Shown here: piece after piece, positions 23,278-35,139 of the stretch
Position numbering within the stretch: position 1 is the first letter of the stretch
How the letters are laid out: the number at the start of each line of letters is the position of its first letter
From: Macrostomum lignano
Taxonomy: Eukaryota
Length of the DNA stretch: 64,000 bases
Direction: 5' to 3'
NCBI GenBank assembly: GCA_002269645.1
Contig: NIVC01001347.1
Location: forward strand, 143,128-207,127
Notes under the pieces: generated by a model
What the model saw: the letters and a program-made list of their open reading frames with translations, nothing else
What the model was told of the DNA's origin: nothing
Databases searched by the model: none
Made by a program: the position numbers and the translations under genes

Positions 23278-23808
23278 CAGTGGTGTGATTCAGGCGCGAA
23301 TTCGCGCCAGGCGCGAAAATGGCGCGAATGCGCGAATCCTGGGGGTCTGGCGCGAAATTTTGTGGAACCATGGGCGCGAAAATTGCATTCTTATTTTCTG
23401 CTTTTTACACTTATTCTCTTGTCAGACAGTATGAAATACAAGAATGTCATAGCTTAGGAGATTAATCTAACAAACTGAGTTCAATCTCAGGCGTCAGCAG
23501 CAGAATGTGCAGAAGAAGAAGCAGAAGGAGGCAGAGAAGCTAGCTGAGCTCGTCTTAAAGCGCAAGGCTGCTGAGCTGCTGTCAACGTCGTCAATCACCA
23601 GCACGAGCAGTCGTCTGCCTACAGACATCGCCAACAAGAAGTTCAGGGGGGACACGGCTGTGACTTAAGAGACATGCTAATTGGTAGCCAGACGCATCTT
23701 CAAAAGTGTCATAAATTGACTTATTTGGCTGTCAGTAGAATATTATTGGCATGGCGCGAAAATTTTCTGTCGGCGCGAAATTTGGCAAACTTTCCAATCA
23801 CACCACTG
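23278..23808. mobile_element. Non-autonomous hAT-type DNA transposon, 531 bp
   Basis: Perfect 13-bp TIRs CAGTGGTGTGATT / AATCACACCACTG and a perfect 8-bp TSD CCCAGATT (23270-23277 and 23809-23816). GGCGCGAA motifs are repeated at both ends. Confidence 0.93.
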
Positions 23809-25190
23809 CCCAGATTGCGAATTGCAATCCAAGTTCAATAGTAATTAAATGTCTATATGTACCTATGTCAATGCTATTGATCTATCTCAGGAATCCGTAA
23901 ACTTTTTTTTTTACCTTAAGAATCCAGCTCATGGCTGCGGGTCAAGGTGAGAGGAAAGGAGAATTGAAGATGGGAGAGGAGAGGCGAGAGAAGAAATAAA
24001 AGTGAGAAGAGAGCTGAAAAGAGACACCAACCTTGAGCAATACAGATTAGAGAGGCTTCGCGGGCCTCGGTGTGACAAACCCTGATCTATCTGTCTGATA
24101 GAAGTGGAGCCTCAAACTATGACAAACTGGCTAACTTCTTTTCCGTGTCTGCTTGTAGCTCGTATGACGTTAAAAATCCTTGGAGCTGTTTCTCATTGAC
24201 TCGTTTGGCACTGCTGCCAAACGGAAATTAGATTTAGAAAATAAGGTAAAAACCAAGCACAGGTTTGCTATAAAATAAGTATAATACATTTGTTAACTAA
24301 ACATTATAGTATCCGGTTACCTTCATCAGGTACGAGCGTAACTTTGTCTGCGGAGAATTTCTAGCAACCAACTGTGGGTGCTTCTTACTCCTCGGGCAAA
24401 GTCTGCTCAACGATACGGGATATTCAGTGAGGCGTTTCGGGATCAGGGGCTGTGGTATCATATATACCGAGAATTAATTGAACGTTAATCGAGCGAGAAC
24501 TGTAATCTGCGCTCAGCCTTCCTATAGTGGGGTAATACCGAGGCCAATTAAATGCTAGCCGAGCTGTGGGTCCGAGTCTGAGCATTGGACCATGGGGCTG
24601 CAGCTTGCGTAAGCTGTGGTGGTGTCTCAGCTGTCTTGTGTGTAGCCAATTGTCTCCGCTTATAGCTGTCAGTCTGTTTCCTATTTTCTTTTTGATTGTT
24701 GTACTGCCTAGCTTTTACATACATTGTCCAGATGTACAGGCATGTGCACTGCAAATAGATAAACTGAGAACAACAATAGGTGCAGTAGAGCGGGTACAAC
24801 AATGATGAGAAGGAACACGACGCGTGTTAATCGCTTGCTCCGTTATATGAGCCTAATTAACAGAGATAAACAATCTTTTATCAATTCACACTTGGTGGTT
24901 TATTAGTCAGGCAGACAGGTAGAGTTTATCTCACCTTCGCTGTCAAGTCAATCCGTGCGAGACAAAACGCGAGCTACCGGTTTCGTCCATCGGGTGTCTT
25001 GGCCGCCGGCCACGCGACTGGACACGTGTCAGAATGCATACACGTGTTTATGCTGTCACTTATATAATGATATAAACAGGTGGGGTGTGCTCTCAATTGT
25101 TAGTGGCATCAGAAAGTTGTCAACATGCATGTATCGGTGATCTGGTATCAGCAACGAAGTGCTTAGATAATCTAAAGGTTCCTTTGAGCA

Positions 25191-25596
25191 CCCTGTCACC
25201 CCTGGCTCACCTGGAGCTCTTTCAGTGTGATCCTTCTAGGTATCCCTGTCACCCCTGGCTCACCTGGAGCTCTTTCAGTGTGATCCTTCTAGGTATCCCT
25301 GTCACTCCTGGCTCACCTGGAGCTCTTTCAGTGTGATCCTTCTAGGTATCCCTGTCACCCCTGGCTCACCTGGAGCTCTCCCATTGTGATCCTGCTGGGT
25401 ATCCCTGTCACCCCTGGCTCACCTGGAGCTCTCCCAGTGTGATCCTGCTGGGTATCCCTGTCCCTCCTGGCTCACCTGGAGCTCTTCCAGTGTGATCCTG
25501 CTGGGTATCCCTGTCACCCCTCTGGCTCACCTGGAGCTCTCAATCCCATTGTGATCCTGCTGGGTATCCCTGTCACTCCTGGCTCACCTGGAGCTC
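25191..25596. repeat. 53-bp minisatellite, ~7.5 copies
   Basis: CCCTGTCACCCCTGGCTCACCTGGAGCTCTTTCAGTGTGATCCTTCTAGGTAT repeated in tandem. Confidence 0.95.
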
Positions 25597-26934
25597 AGTT
25601 TTAATGTTTAACATTTGAAAGCCAACATCCGTGATAAAAAACACGAAGCAGTCCTAGAGACCGTTTAATTGTAATTTTTAATTAAACTCCAACGCTGTGC
25701 GTGCTGTTTCATATCCTGGGAGAATCTGCAGTTCACCCAAAACTGCGGAGCCCCAAAAACTACTTGATACAGTTATTTGACAAGTTGTCACGTCAGTCTT
25801 GCCTAGATTTTTAGTTTAACCCATGGAGAATAAAGTATAGCCACTTCAATCAAGGAACTGTTTCATATTGCGGTTCTCACACGTTCTTAATATTCGCGAG
25901 CGCCCAGCGGTTCTCAATGAGGACACTTGTAAAATCTGCCTATCATTACTGACTGAGCCACTTTCTCCTCAAAGTAAATGGCCTTCTTATTAAGTTCACC
26001 AATCGGAGCGCCGAGAACCTCCTCCTCAAGAAGCAATTATTAAAAAAATCTATGACAAAAAACGAAAAACGCTCTCGCTTATAACAGTTTTTTTACTACT
26101 GTATATAAGTCTCTAAAACCAGCCGTCCATCTGCTGTGAGTCGGGAATTTTCTCTTGGATAAGCTTCACAGACAGCAGGCCCTGTACGCGGCTGACGCAT
26201 GGCTGTCAATCGACATCAAAGCCGACCAGAGGGGCACAGATGGGTGAGAGATCCTTCAAACTCGGTAGGACCCCCCCCCCTCCGGCCTGCAGTCTTCTTA
26301 TCCACGATCCGTTTGGCTATAGAACCTTAAAGGCAAGATCCGCGGGAACTCGTTCTCTCTCTGTCTTTGAGTGAGCCGAGCCCAGCAGAACTTCAACAGC
26401 AGTTGACTGTGTATGATGTATGCGTTCTCAGAATAGCTCTCTCTCTCTCTCTTCTATATTCCATGGCACTCAAATCCCCCCGGCTTCGATGGCAAATAAT
26501 TAAAGGCCCTTTTTTCCCCGCGGTGCTGTTTGCACGCGTGCGACAAAGACTGAAGGAGCTTGAGGTCCACTTCAAGTTCTGTTCCATCCTTAGGATCGGG
26601 GTCTCCTATGCAAGAATTCTTCGAGAGATGGAGTGGGATAATTAGGCGAAATTGGCCAGCTAAACCTGACTGTTGCAATCCTGAGGGGGGGAGGCTGCTC
26701 AGCAGAGTCTTGCTGGGTAAACTGTGAAACGTGCCGTCACGTGCGGGGCCGGTCTGATTTTTGTTTGTTTTTAACTGGCTTATCCAATACTACCTATCTG
26801 AGCATTAGCTTGCGCTCTACGCGATTTCGCTATTAAAATCCTTATACAAGGATCAGACTCGGGTTCAAATTTTTAAGCATTACGAACTCGTACAAATGTA
26901 AATCGATGCTATTTATTGCGCTTCCTTATCGTGC

Positions 26935-28150
26935 AGAGTGGCGTTGGGGATCTGGGAATGGCATTGGGGATCTGGGAATGGCATTGGAATGGCAATGGGG
27001 ATCTGGGAGTACGATGGGGATATGGAATGGCAGTGGGGATCTGGGAATGGCATTGGGGATCTGGGAATGGCATTGGGGATCTAGGAATGGCATTTGGGAT
27101 CTGGGAATGGCATTGGGGATCTGGGAATGGCATTGGGGATCTGGGAATGGCATTTGAATGGCATTGGGGATCTGGGAATGGCATTGGGGATCTGGGAATG
27201 GCATTGGGGATCTGGGAATGGCATTTGAATGGCATTGGGGATCTGGGAATGGCATTTGAATGGCATTGGGGATCTGGGAATGGAATTTGAATGGCAGTGG
27301 GGATCTGGGAGTACGATGGGGATATGGAATGGCAGTGGGGATCTGGGAATGGCATTGGGGATCTGGGAATGGCATTGGGGATCTAGGAATGGCATTTGGG
27401 ATCTGGGAATGGCATTGGGGATCTGGGAATGGCATTTGAATGGCATTGGGGATCTGGGAATGGAATTTGAATGGCAGTGGTGATCTGGGAGTACGATGGG
27501 GATATGGAATGGCAGTGGGGATCTGGGAGTACGATGGGGATATCGAATGGCAGTGGGGATCTGGGAATGGCATTGGGGATCTAGGAATGGCATTTGGGAT
27601 CTTGGAATGGCATTGGGGATCTGGGAATGGCATTTGAATGGCAGTGGGGATCTGGGAATGGCATTGGGAATCTGGGAATGGCATTTTAATGGCAGTTGGG
27701 ATCTAGGAATGGCATTTGAATGGCAGTGGGGATCTAGGAATGGCAGTGGGGATCTAGGAATGGCAGTGGGGATCTGGGAATGGCATTGGGGATCTGGGAA
27801 TGGCATCGGGGATCTGGGAATGGCATTGGGGATCTGGGAATGGCATTGAGGATCTGGGAATGGCATTTGAATGGCAGTAGGGATCTGGGAATGGCAGTGG
27901 GGATCTGGGAATGGCATTTAAATGGCAGTGGGGATATGGGAATGGCATTGGGTATCTGGGAGTACGATGGTGATCTGGGAATGACATTGGGGGATCTGGG
28001 AATGGCATTAAGGATCTGGGAACGGCATTAAGGATCTGGGAACGGCATTAAGGATCTGAGGGTAGCGTCGGAGATCGGGAAATGGCAGTGGGGATCTGGG
28101 AATGGCATTGGGGGATCTGGGAATGGCATTGGGGATCTGGGAATGGATAT
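26935..28150. repeat. ~20-bp G-rich minisatellite (GGGGATCTGGGAATGGCATT)
   Basis: More than 50 imperfect copies; explains the W/G- and P/S-rich ORFs. Confidence 0.95.
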
Positions 28151-29276
28151 TAGGGATCTGAAAGTGAGTGGCATTCTAGCTATTTATTGAAATAAAAATT
28201 TTTTTACAATCTTTTTTACAAAGATTAGTTATCCAAACAAGTGAATATTTCTAGTCTAGAGGCTGGTTGGCCCAAGAAAATCCCCACCTAATTCTTCATG
28301 ATCAGAGCTTAGAGGCAAAGAAAAATAGCCCTGAATCCATAACTCCTTATCATTATATTATAATCAGGGGCAGAGAAAGGGCCACCTAAAGACCCGTTTC
28401 TTACTCAGCTCGCGTGTCGGATTTCCCTGTCAAATCGGAGGAGATGAAAGGCACACGCAGTCCCCAATGTAGGAGGAATGAACTGACGCTGGCACTAAAA
28501 CCATATCCGTCTCATTCGCAGGGTTTAGAGGCAATAAGGGAGCTGAGATGACGCGGCCATCTGGTCCCTGTTTACCCGGGCGTAAACCGGTCCTTTTGCA
28601 GTCCAGCGGCGAGCGCTGCGCTGTCAGAAAAGAAGGATATGGAAGGGCACTGGACAGGGACGACCCTGACAGTGCTGCAGCATCCCCGGAAGTCGGAGAA
28701 ATTAGGAAAAAGAATTATATTTTTTTCCCACCCAAACTGCTTGTCTGGGTTCCAGGTTAAAATCACCGTCCCCTCACACACACAGGCTACACATTTCAGT
28801 CTAAGTGTAATTTAGGCCGGATATTAATACTGACTGGGCAAAATCAGCGACAGATTGGCCCGAGCTGAGCAGGGCAGGAGGACCTCATTCACTCATATCT
28901 CGGGCGTCTGTCAGGGGAAAACACCAACCCTGGGTCTCCTCAGCCGTCTGTCGGAGTGAATTCCCGAACACCCAGCCTGGCTCGGAGTAAGCGAGGGGTG
29001 AAAGAGTGAGGGGAGGAACAGATCCACTTGTTCCCAGTCCGCTGCGCCCGAAACTTCCAAAGCTCCCTCGTCTTCTGTCGTCTGATCTCCCCGAGAGGTT
29101 CGCGAAGGGATGCAACTCGAAAAAGGGGAGAGAAGGTGACTCGACACCCATGATACCTTCCGGGCATCGCAGCCGGAGTTGAGGATGAGGAACTGAATGA
29201 TTAGGGCTGAAAAAATCGGATTTTGCCAATAGGAGCCGAGCAGCCAATAGGAGACGGCCTGGGGCAGCCCAGGGGC

Positions 29277-29391
29277 CACGCGAGAGGGGCAGCGGCCACG
29301 GCTAGAAAAGGAGGCGCCACGTGGCGGGCCTCGTGTCAGGCGCACTCTGTTTAGCACTCAGCAGGCAGTCAGAACGCAGGCCAAACACGCG
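29277..29391 (+). promoter_or_regulatory. Cluster of candidate HES/E(spl)-class bHLH repressor sites downstream of tandem CCAAT boxes in the achaete-scute proximal promoter / 5' UTR
   Basis: CACGCG 29277-82, palindrome CGCCACGTGGCG 29315-26, N-box CTCGTG 29330-35, CACGCGAC 29386-93. CCAAT at 29226 and 29244. The sites recur in copy 2. Confidence 0.5.
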
Positions 29392-29394
29392 ACC

Positions 29395-29952
29395 ATGTCA
29401 TCAACAGCTGACAGGCAGCACTTGCCGGTGCCCTCCTTCCTGCGACTGCAGCAGCTCCGGGCAGCAGGCGACGCCTCCGGGCCGACTCGGCAGCCGCTGG
29501 GCGAGCGGTGCTCCAACCTGCCGCCTCGGCCGCCGCAGAAGCCGCCGGGCTCCGAGGCGGCCAAAGCCGCGGCCGCTGCCGCTTCAAACGCCGCCGCCAA
29601 CGCCGCCGCCAACGCCGCCGCCGCCGCCCGTCCGGCCGCCTCGTCCATGCAGCGTCGCAACCAGCGCGAGCGGAACCGCGTCAAGCTGCTCAACCTCGGC
29701 TTCGAGCGGCTTCGCCAGCTGGTGCCGAGCGATGACGGACAGAGGCTGAGCAAGATCGCCACCCTGCGGGCCGCCATCGCCTACATCCGCAGCCTGCAGG
29801 AGCTGCTGGACCAGGACGACTGCGGAGGCTGCGGCTGCGACGGCTGCGGCGCCTGCGGCGGCCCCGGCGACTCCTGGATGGCGGAGCAGCCGCGGCAGGA
29901 GGCCGACTCGGTGGCGACGCGGCCGGAGGGCCAAAACACCTTCAGCTTTTAA
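29395..29952 (+). CDS. ASCL: Achaete-scute family proneural bHLH transcription factor, copy 1 (185 aa, intronless)
   Basis: [25 protein letters not shown]...[21 protein letters not shown] is the diagnostic achaete-scute bHLH; poly-Ala N-terminal region. Confidence 0.95.
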   Translation: MSSTADRQHLPVPSFLRLQQLRAAGDASGPTRQPLGERCSNLPPRPPQKPPGSEAAKAAAAAASNAAANAAANAAAAARPAASSMQRRNQRERNRVKLLNLGFERLRQLVPSDDGQRLSKIATLRAAIAYIRSLQELLDQDDCGGCGCDGCGACGGPGDSWMAEQPRQEADSVATRPEGQNTFSF

Positions 29953-30915
29953 TTGAGTGCTCTGCGCTTTTTTGCGAAACTCTGCTTTTCGGTGCTCCAA
30001 TGCTTTTTTCCTGCTTTCTGCTTTCGCTTTCGTAGCATTTTTACCTGCGTTTTTTCGCTCCAAGTTTTTTTTCCGTGCCGCCTCTGTCAAGCGAGAACAT
30101 CCAAGCAGCTTCTCTTTCAGCGTCTTCCGCATCAGCGGGGCAACTCAGCAGCGCTTGGATTTTGTCGCTTTTCAGATCTTCTTTCTCAGCCTGCTTTTTT
30201 CAACTCAGCTTTTGCTGCTCGCTCAGATTTTCTGTTAGGAGTTTTTCTAGATAGGAACTTTTCTTTATTTTTTAGATTTCTCATATAGACTTTACAATTT
30301 CATAGACTTTTAGGATTTTTCTTGTGTTTTATCTCCAGAGCTCAAATTCTTGCTGTGCGGCACGTGTCCCTATTTATTGATATCGGTGTCCGAGGCTCCC
30401 ACCTTCCCTCTGTTTCTGTCGCCTGTCGATTTTTTTCACACTTTCTAAATTGAATTCTTCTTTGTAAATGACTCCCTCCGTTTCGCTTGATGCTTTTGAC
30501 CTAATTAAATTTTTGCTCATATTTCAATGCTATCATAGTTAGTATATGTAATCAGCTATTAAAATTGACGTAACTAAATAAATCTAATCTCTGGATTTTG
30601 TACTTTTACGTAGCTAGTATTTAAAGCAAAAAACAGACCTTTGAGTTTGAGTTTGTTTGCTACTTAATTTCTTATGACTAACTAAAAGTATTCATTCGTA
30701 ATTGTTGGAGTGCAAGTGCCTGGCCTTGTCAGTTCAAGCTAGTGCAAATTGAATGTCCAAAATGTCAGGGACTGGGGTTATCCCAATCTGTATTCTCACA
30801 CCTGAGATTGTAGCTCGTACCTTTGTTATACTCATTTCGATGTCTGAATTTCAAAACGCGAAACGCATGGAACACCTTGAGATTAATCGCTTTCCGCAAT
30901 CTCATTCTCGAATCA

Positions 30916-31925
30916 CACATGAGATTATCTCCATTCATGATTCTCACACCTGAGATTATCTCCATTCAGGATTCTCACACATGAGATTATCTCCATTCAT
31001 GATTCTCACACCTGGGATTATCTCCATTCAGGATTCTCAAACCTGAGATTATCTCCATTCAGGATTCTCAAACCTGAGATTATCTCCATTCAGGATTCTC
31101 AAACCTGAGATTATCTCCATTCAGGATTCTCAAACCTGAGATTATCTCCATTCAGGATTCTCACACAATACGCATCCCGAGATTGTATCTATTTTATCTA
31201 TTTAGCTTCTCACACCATGAGATTATCCCTACTCAGATTCGCACGCCTTGAGATTATCCCCGATTCTGATTCTTGCTGTCTGAGATTATCTCAAATTCAA
31301 TATCATTCTCTGAGATTATCTCAAATTCAGATTCTTGCTCTCTGAGATTATCTCAAATTCAATATCATGCTCTCTGAGATTATCTCAAATTCAATATCAT
31401 TCTCTGAGATTATCTCAAATTCAATATCATGCTCTCTGAGATTATCTCAAATTCAATATCATGCTCTCTGAGATGATCTCAAATTCAATATCATGCTCTC
31501 TGAGATTATCCCGAATTCAATATCATGCTCTCTAAAATTATCCCGAATTCAATATCATGCTCTCTGAGATTATCTCAAATTCAATATCATGCTCTCTGAG
31601 ATTATCTCAAATTCAATATCATGCTCTCTGAGATTATCTCAAATTCAATATCATGATCTCTGAGATTATCCCGAATTCAATATCATGCTCTCTGAGATTA
31701 TCTCAAATTCAATATCATGCTCTCTGAGATTATCCCGAATTCAATATCATGCTCTCTGAGATGATCTCAAATTCAATATCATGCTCTCTGAGATTATCCC
31801 GAATTCAATATCATGCTCTCTAAAATTATCCCGAATTCAATATCATGCTCTCTGAGATTATCTCAAATTCAATATCATGCTCTCTGAGATTATCTCAAAT
31901 TCAATATCATGCTCTCTGAGATTAT
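30916..31925. repeat. Compound minisatellite: 31-bp (TGAGATTATCTCCATTCAGGATTCTCAAACC) grading into 32-bp (TGAGATTATCTCAAATTCAATATCATGCTCTC)
   Basis: Shared TGAGATTATC core; about 8 and about 20 copies. Confidence 0.95.
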
Positions 31926-32749
31926 CCAAAACTCAGATTCTCACGCATTGAGATTATCCCTATTTAGATTCTTGCTCTCTGGGATTATCCCAAACTCAGA
32001 TTCTTGTTCTCATAGGATCATCTCAAATTCAGATTTTCGGTCTCTAAGATTATCCCTATTTAGATTCTCCGCCCCTGTAATATTTTCCCATTTAGATTGT
32101 CGCTCCCTGGACAATGAAGAAATGGAATAAAAAGCTATAAACTTAATTTATGCCTAGAGACTCAACTGGCCCAGAGTTCACTGTGACATTAAGGCATCTA
32201 AAATTCAATTCACGCTCGGCATGCTGAAGTGAGGCAGCTGAGGCCATATCGGTCGAACTCCGATCAAAAACATTTTCATCCAATCTTCCCATTCTTACTT
32301 TCAGATTTCGGGGCCGCTCTCTGCAGAGCCCCCGCAATCTGTCAACGTGGAAAAACTTCCAACTTATAGTTCTAAGTGACGAAAATTGGGAAATTATGAG
32401 CCAGACTTGGACTGACTGAGGATAAATATCCCAATAAATATATAGTGTCTTTGTTTTTTATATCCCAATCGATACCTCTTATCCCACCCTCCCGCGGAGC
32501 CGCAAACATTTGCAGTAGTGGAGGCATCCGGCTCCGATTCCGCCCACACATCTGTCGCGTGGATTCCGGTCTGGGCAATTATGAAGATCATCAGTTAGTT
32601 GATAATTTATTGTCCCACTCAGCATCATCTGGGACCGGACAAGGCCAGGGAGACTTGGCAGTGACACTCCCTCACCCAGGTGGCCAGGCCAGTTGGATTC
32701 CAAGAAATAGCTTGCCAAGAATGAGCACAAACTCAGTGTTTATGCGATG

Positions 32750-33320
32750 CGATGGGATAAGATGAGAGAGCAGAAACATAAGAAGATAGGAGAGAAGATA
32801 GGAGAGAGAAGATGAGAGGGTAGCGGGAGAAGAGAAAAGAGGGACAGAGCAGAGAAGATAAGAGAGGGGAGAGACGAAAGAAGAGAGAAGAGAGGAGATA
32901 GGAGAGAAGAGAGCCGAGGGGAGAATGGAGAGAAGAGAACCGAGGGGAGAGTGGAGAGAAGAGAGGAGAGGGGAGAGAAAAGAGAATGGAGAGTGGAGAG
33001 AAGAGAACCGAGGGAGAGTGGAGAAGAGAGTGGAGAGAAGAGAGAAGAAGGGAGAGTGGAGAGAAGAGAGAAGAAGGGAGACTGGAGACTGGAGAGAAGA
33101 GAACCGAGGGGAGAGAGGAGAGAAGAGAGAAGAAAGGGAGAGAGAAGATGGGAGAGAGAAGATGGGAGAGAAGATGGGAGAGAGAAGATGGGAGAGAGAA
33201 GATGGGAGAGAGAAGATGGGACAGAGAAGATGGGAGAGAGAAGATGGGAGAGAGAAGATGGGAGAGAGAAGATGGGAGAGAGAAGATGGGAGAGAGAAGA
33301 TGGGAGAGAGAAGATGAGAG
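32750..33320. repeat. GA-rich low-complexity tract ending in a 14-bp repeat (GGGAGAGAGAAGAT)
   Basis: Purine-rich plus strand; explains the E/R- and S/L-rich ORFs. Confidence 0.92.
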
Positions 33321-33963
33321 AGCTGAGAAGAGACGCAAACCTTGAACGGTTGTGATTGCTATTGTGAAGTTTCAAGGGACCCGAGGGCTGGAGTATGTCG
33401 AACCCCAGGGCCGCCAGCCTAATGCTCAGCCGCACACGGAGCCGGTCGGCCCTACTGAAATTTCACACTGATTCGTCCCGTTCCTTTAAAAAAAGCATCA
33501 TAGTCCAATTATTAATTTTTTCATACGCAAGCGAGCGAGCCTCGATACCCTGTAATTTTTGGCAAACAGCTCTCGCCATCCCGGGGGGGGGGATGTTGGA
33601 AATTCAATAACCAGCGCGGGAGCTGTTTTGGAACTTTTTTTCCAAACCAGTGACCGCCTGTTGCTCTGCGCCCCCCCCCCCTGCGTAATGGCGGTTTGCG
33701 TGCCGGTTCGGCGCCAACAAAAACTCCCCCGAGTCCCCGCAAACTTGGGATTGGGGTGGGGTGGAGGAAAATTAATTTTTAATTTAATTGCCATGCAAGC
33801 TAAAAAACAGGGCCCCGCCAGTTCCGCATTTCACTTCCGCACCGTCTGATCGAATCAGCGAATTCAAGCAGAGAGACCATCGATGAGGCCGATCTCCAGC
33901 CCAGGATAGCTATAGACATGGACTGCTAAACATACTTGGACTGGAAGGCCAAAGTCCTACAGC

Positions 33964-34476
33964 GGGGGCATCATAAACCCGAAATATCACAAACCCGAAA
34001 TATCACAAACCCGAAATATCCCAAACCCGAAATATCACAAACCCGAAATATCACAAACCCGAAATATCACAAACCCGAAATATCACAAACCCTAAATATC
34101 ACAAACCCGAAATATCACAAACCCGAAATATCACAAACCCGAAATATCACAAACCCGAAATATCACAAACCCGAAATATCACAAACCCGAAATATCACAA
34201 ACCCGAAATATCATATCTCCGAAAGTTCTAGCAATGTCCAACACTATTTTGGTTTTCGGAGTTATGATATTTCGGGTTTATGATATTTCGGGTTTGTGAT
34301 ATTTCGGGTTTATGATATTTCGGGTTTGTGATATTTCGGGTTTGTGATATTTCGGGTTTATGATATTTCGGGTTTGTGATATTTCGGGTTTGTGATATTT
34401 CGGGTTTACGATATTTCGGGTTTACGATGGGAAGTGCTTTCGGAGTTGTGATTTTTCGGGTTTGTGATGGCGACCC
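33964..34476. mobile_element. Foldback element built from two inverted arrays of a 16-bp unit (AAACCCGAAATATCAC)
   Basis: Direct copies at 33975-34210, inverted copies (GTGATATTTCGGGTTT) at 34260-34465, a ~30-bp unique centre, and GGG...CCC ends. Confidence 0.75.
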
Positions 34477-35139
34477 TCCTCCAGTTCGTGCGGCAGGGAA
34501 ACTGGCCGCCAAGATGCAGACAGTGTACACTGACGGACGATACGAAAGTCAGAGCCGCTGTCCCCAACCAGTCCAAAATGCTTCTCAGGGTCCATGGCTG
34601 TGGCGCATTACCAGCCATATTTGTGTTGCTACGCCAGCGTTTCCGCCAAAATGCCAGTTGGAGTTGGGGAAGGGGGGCGCCCTTCCTTACCTCACTGGGC
34701 CGGAAATGTCATGCGGCCCCAACCCGTGTCTGCATCAAAAATTTCCCCGTTTAAATCAGTTATCTTTTGTTGCCGTGGGGTTGTGGGGATATTCATGAAA
34801 AAATGAAAAATATCGGTTCTCGAATAACAGAAGTTGCGATTATTTTTTCTCTTATCAGTGCTGCCTCCTTGATCTTGAGTCGGCGGCTGGGTGGGTATGA
34901 GATCCCGACTTTGTCATTGATCCTTGTTTTCTTTCAAATTGGAAAAACTGCTGGTAAAGTGAGAGTGCAGGGCGAGTGCTGCTCTTGCTCGCTTGTCATG
35001 TGGGTACCAGCGGTTTTTTTTTAACTATTAAGAGGAAAACAATTTATCTACTGATCTTCTTATAGCTGCCATTTGATAAATTATTTGCTGCTTTTGCTAG
35101 TTTTTGAGGTGAATGCTTTTCAACTAAACTGTGGGAGTC

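Larger units (their letters stand above)
29241..30278 (+). repeat. Left arm of a ~1.04-kb inverted duplication (partner 40714-41750)
   Basis: Homology starts at CAGCCAATAGGAGACGG and ends at TTATTTTTTAGATT. It covers promoter, CDS and 3' region. Confidence 0.95.

Noticed and set aside
26906-28031. Trp/Gly-rich and Pro-rich repeat proteins
   Set aside because: Translation of the 20-bp minisatellite in multiple frames.
29321-30288. Overlapping alternative and antisense ORFs around the bHLH genes (also 40632-41670)
   Set aside because: GC-rich codon shadows of the real CDS and T-rich 3' UTR frames; they are duplicated only because the region is duplicated.
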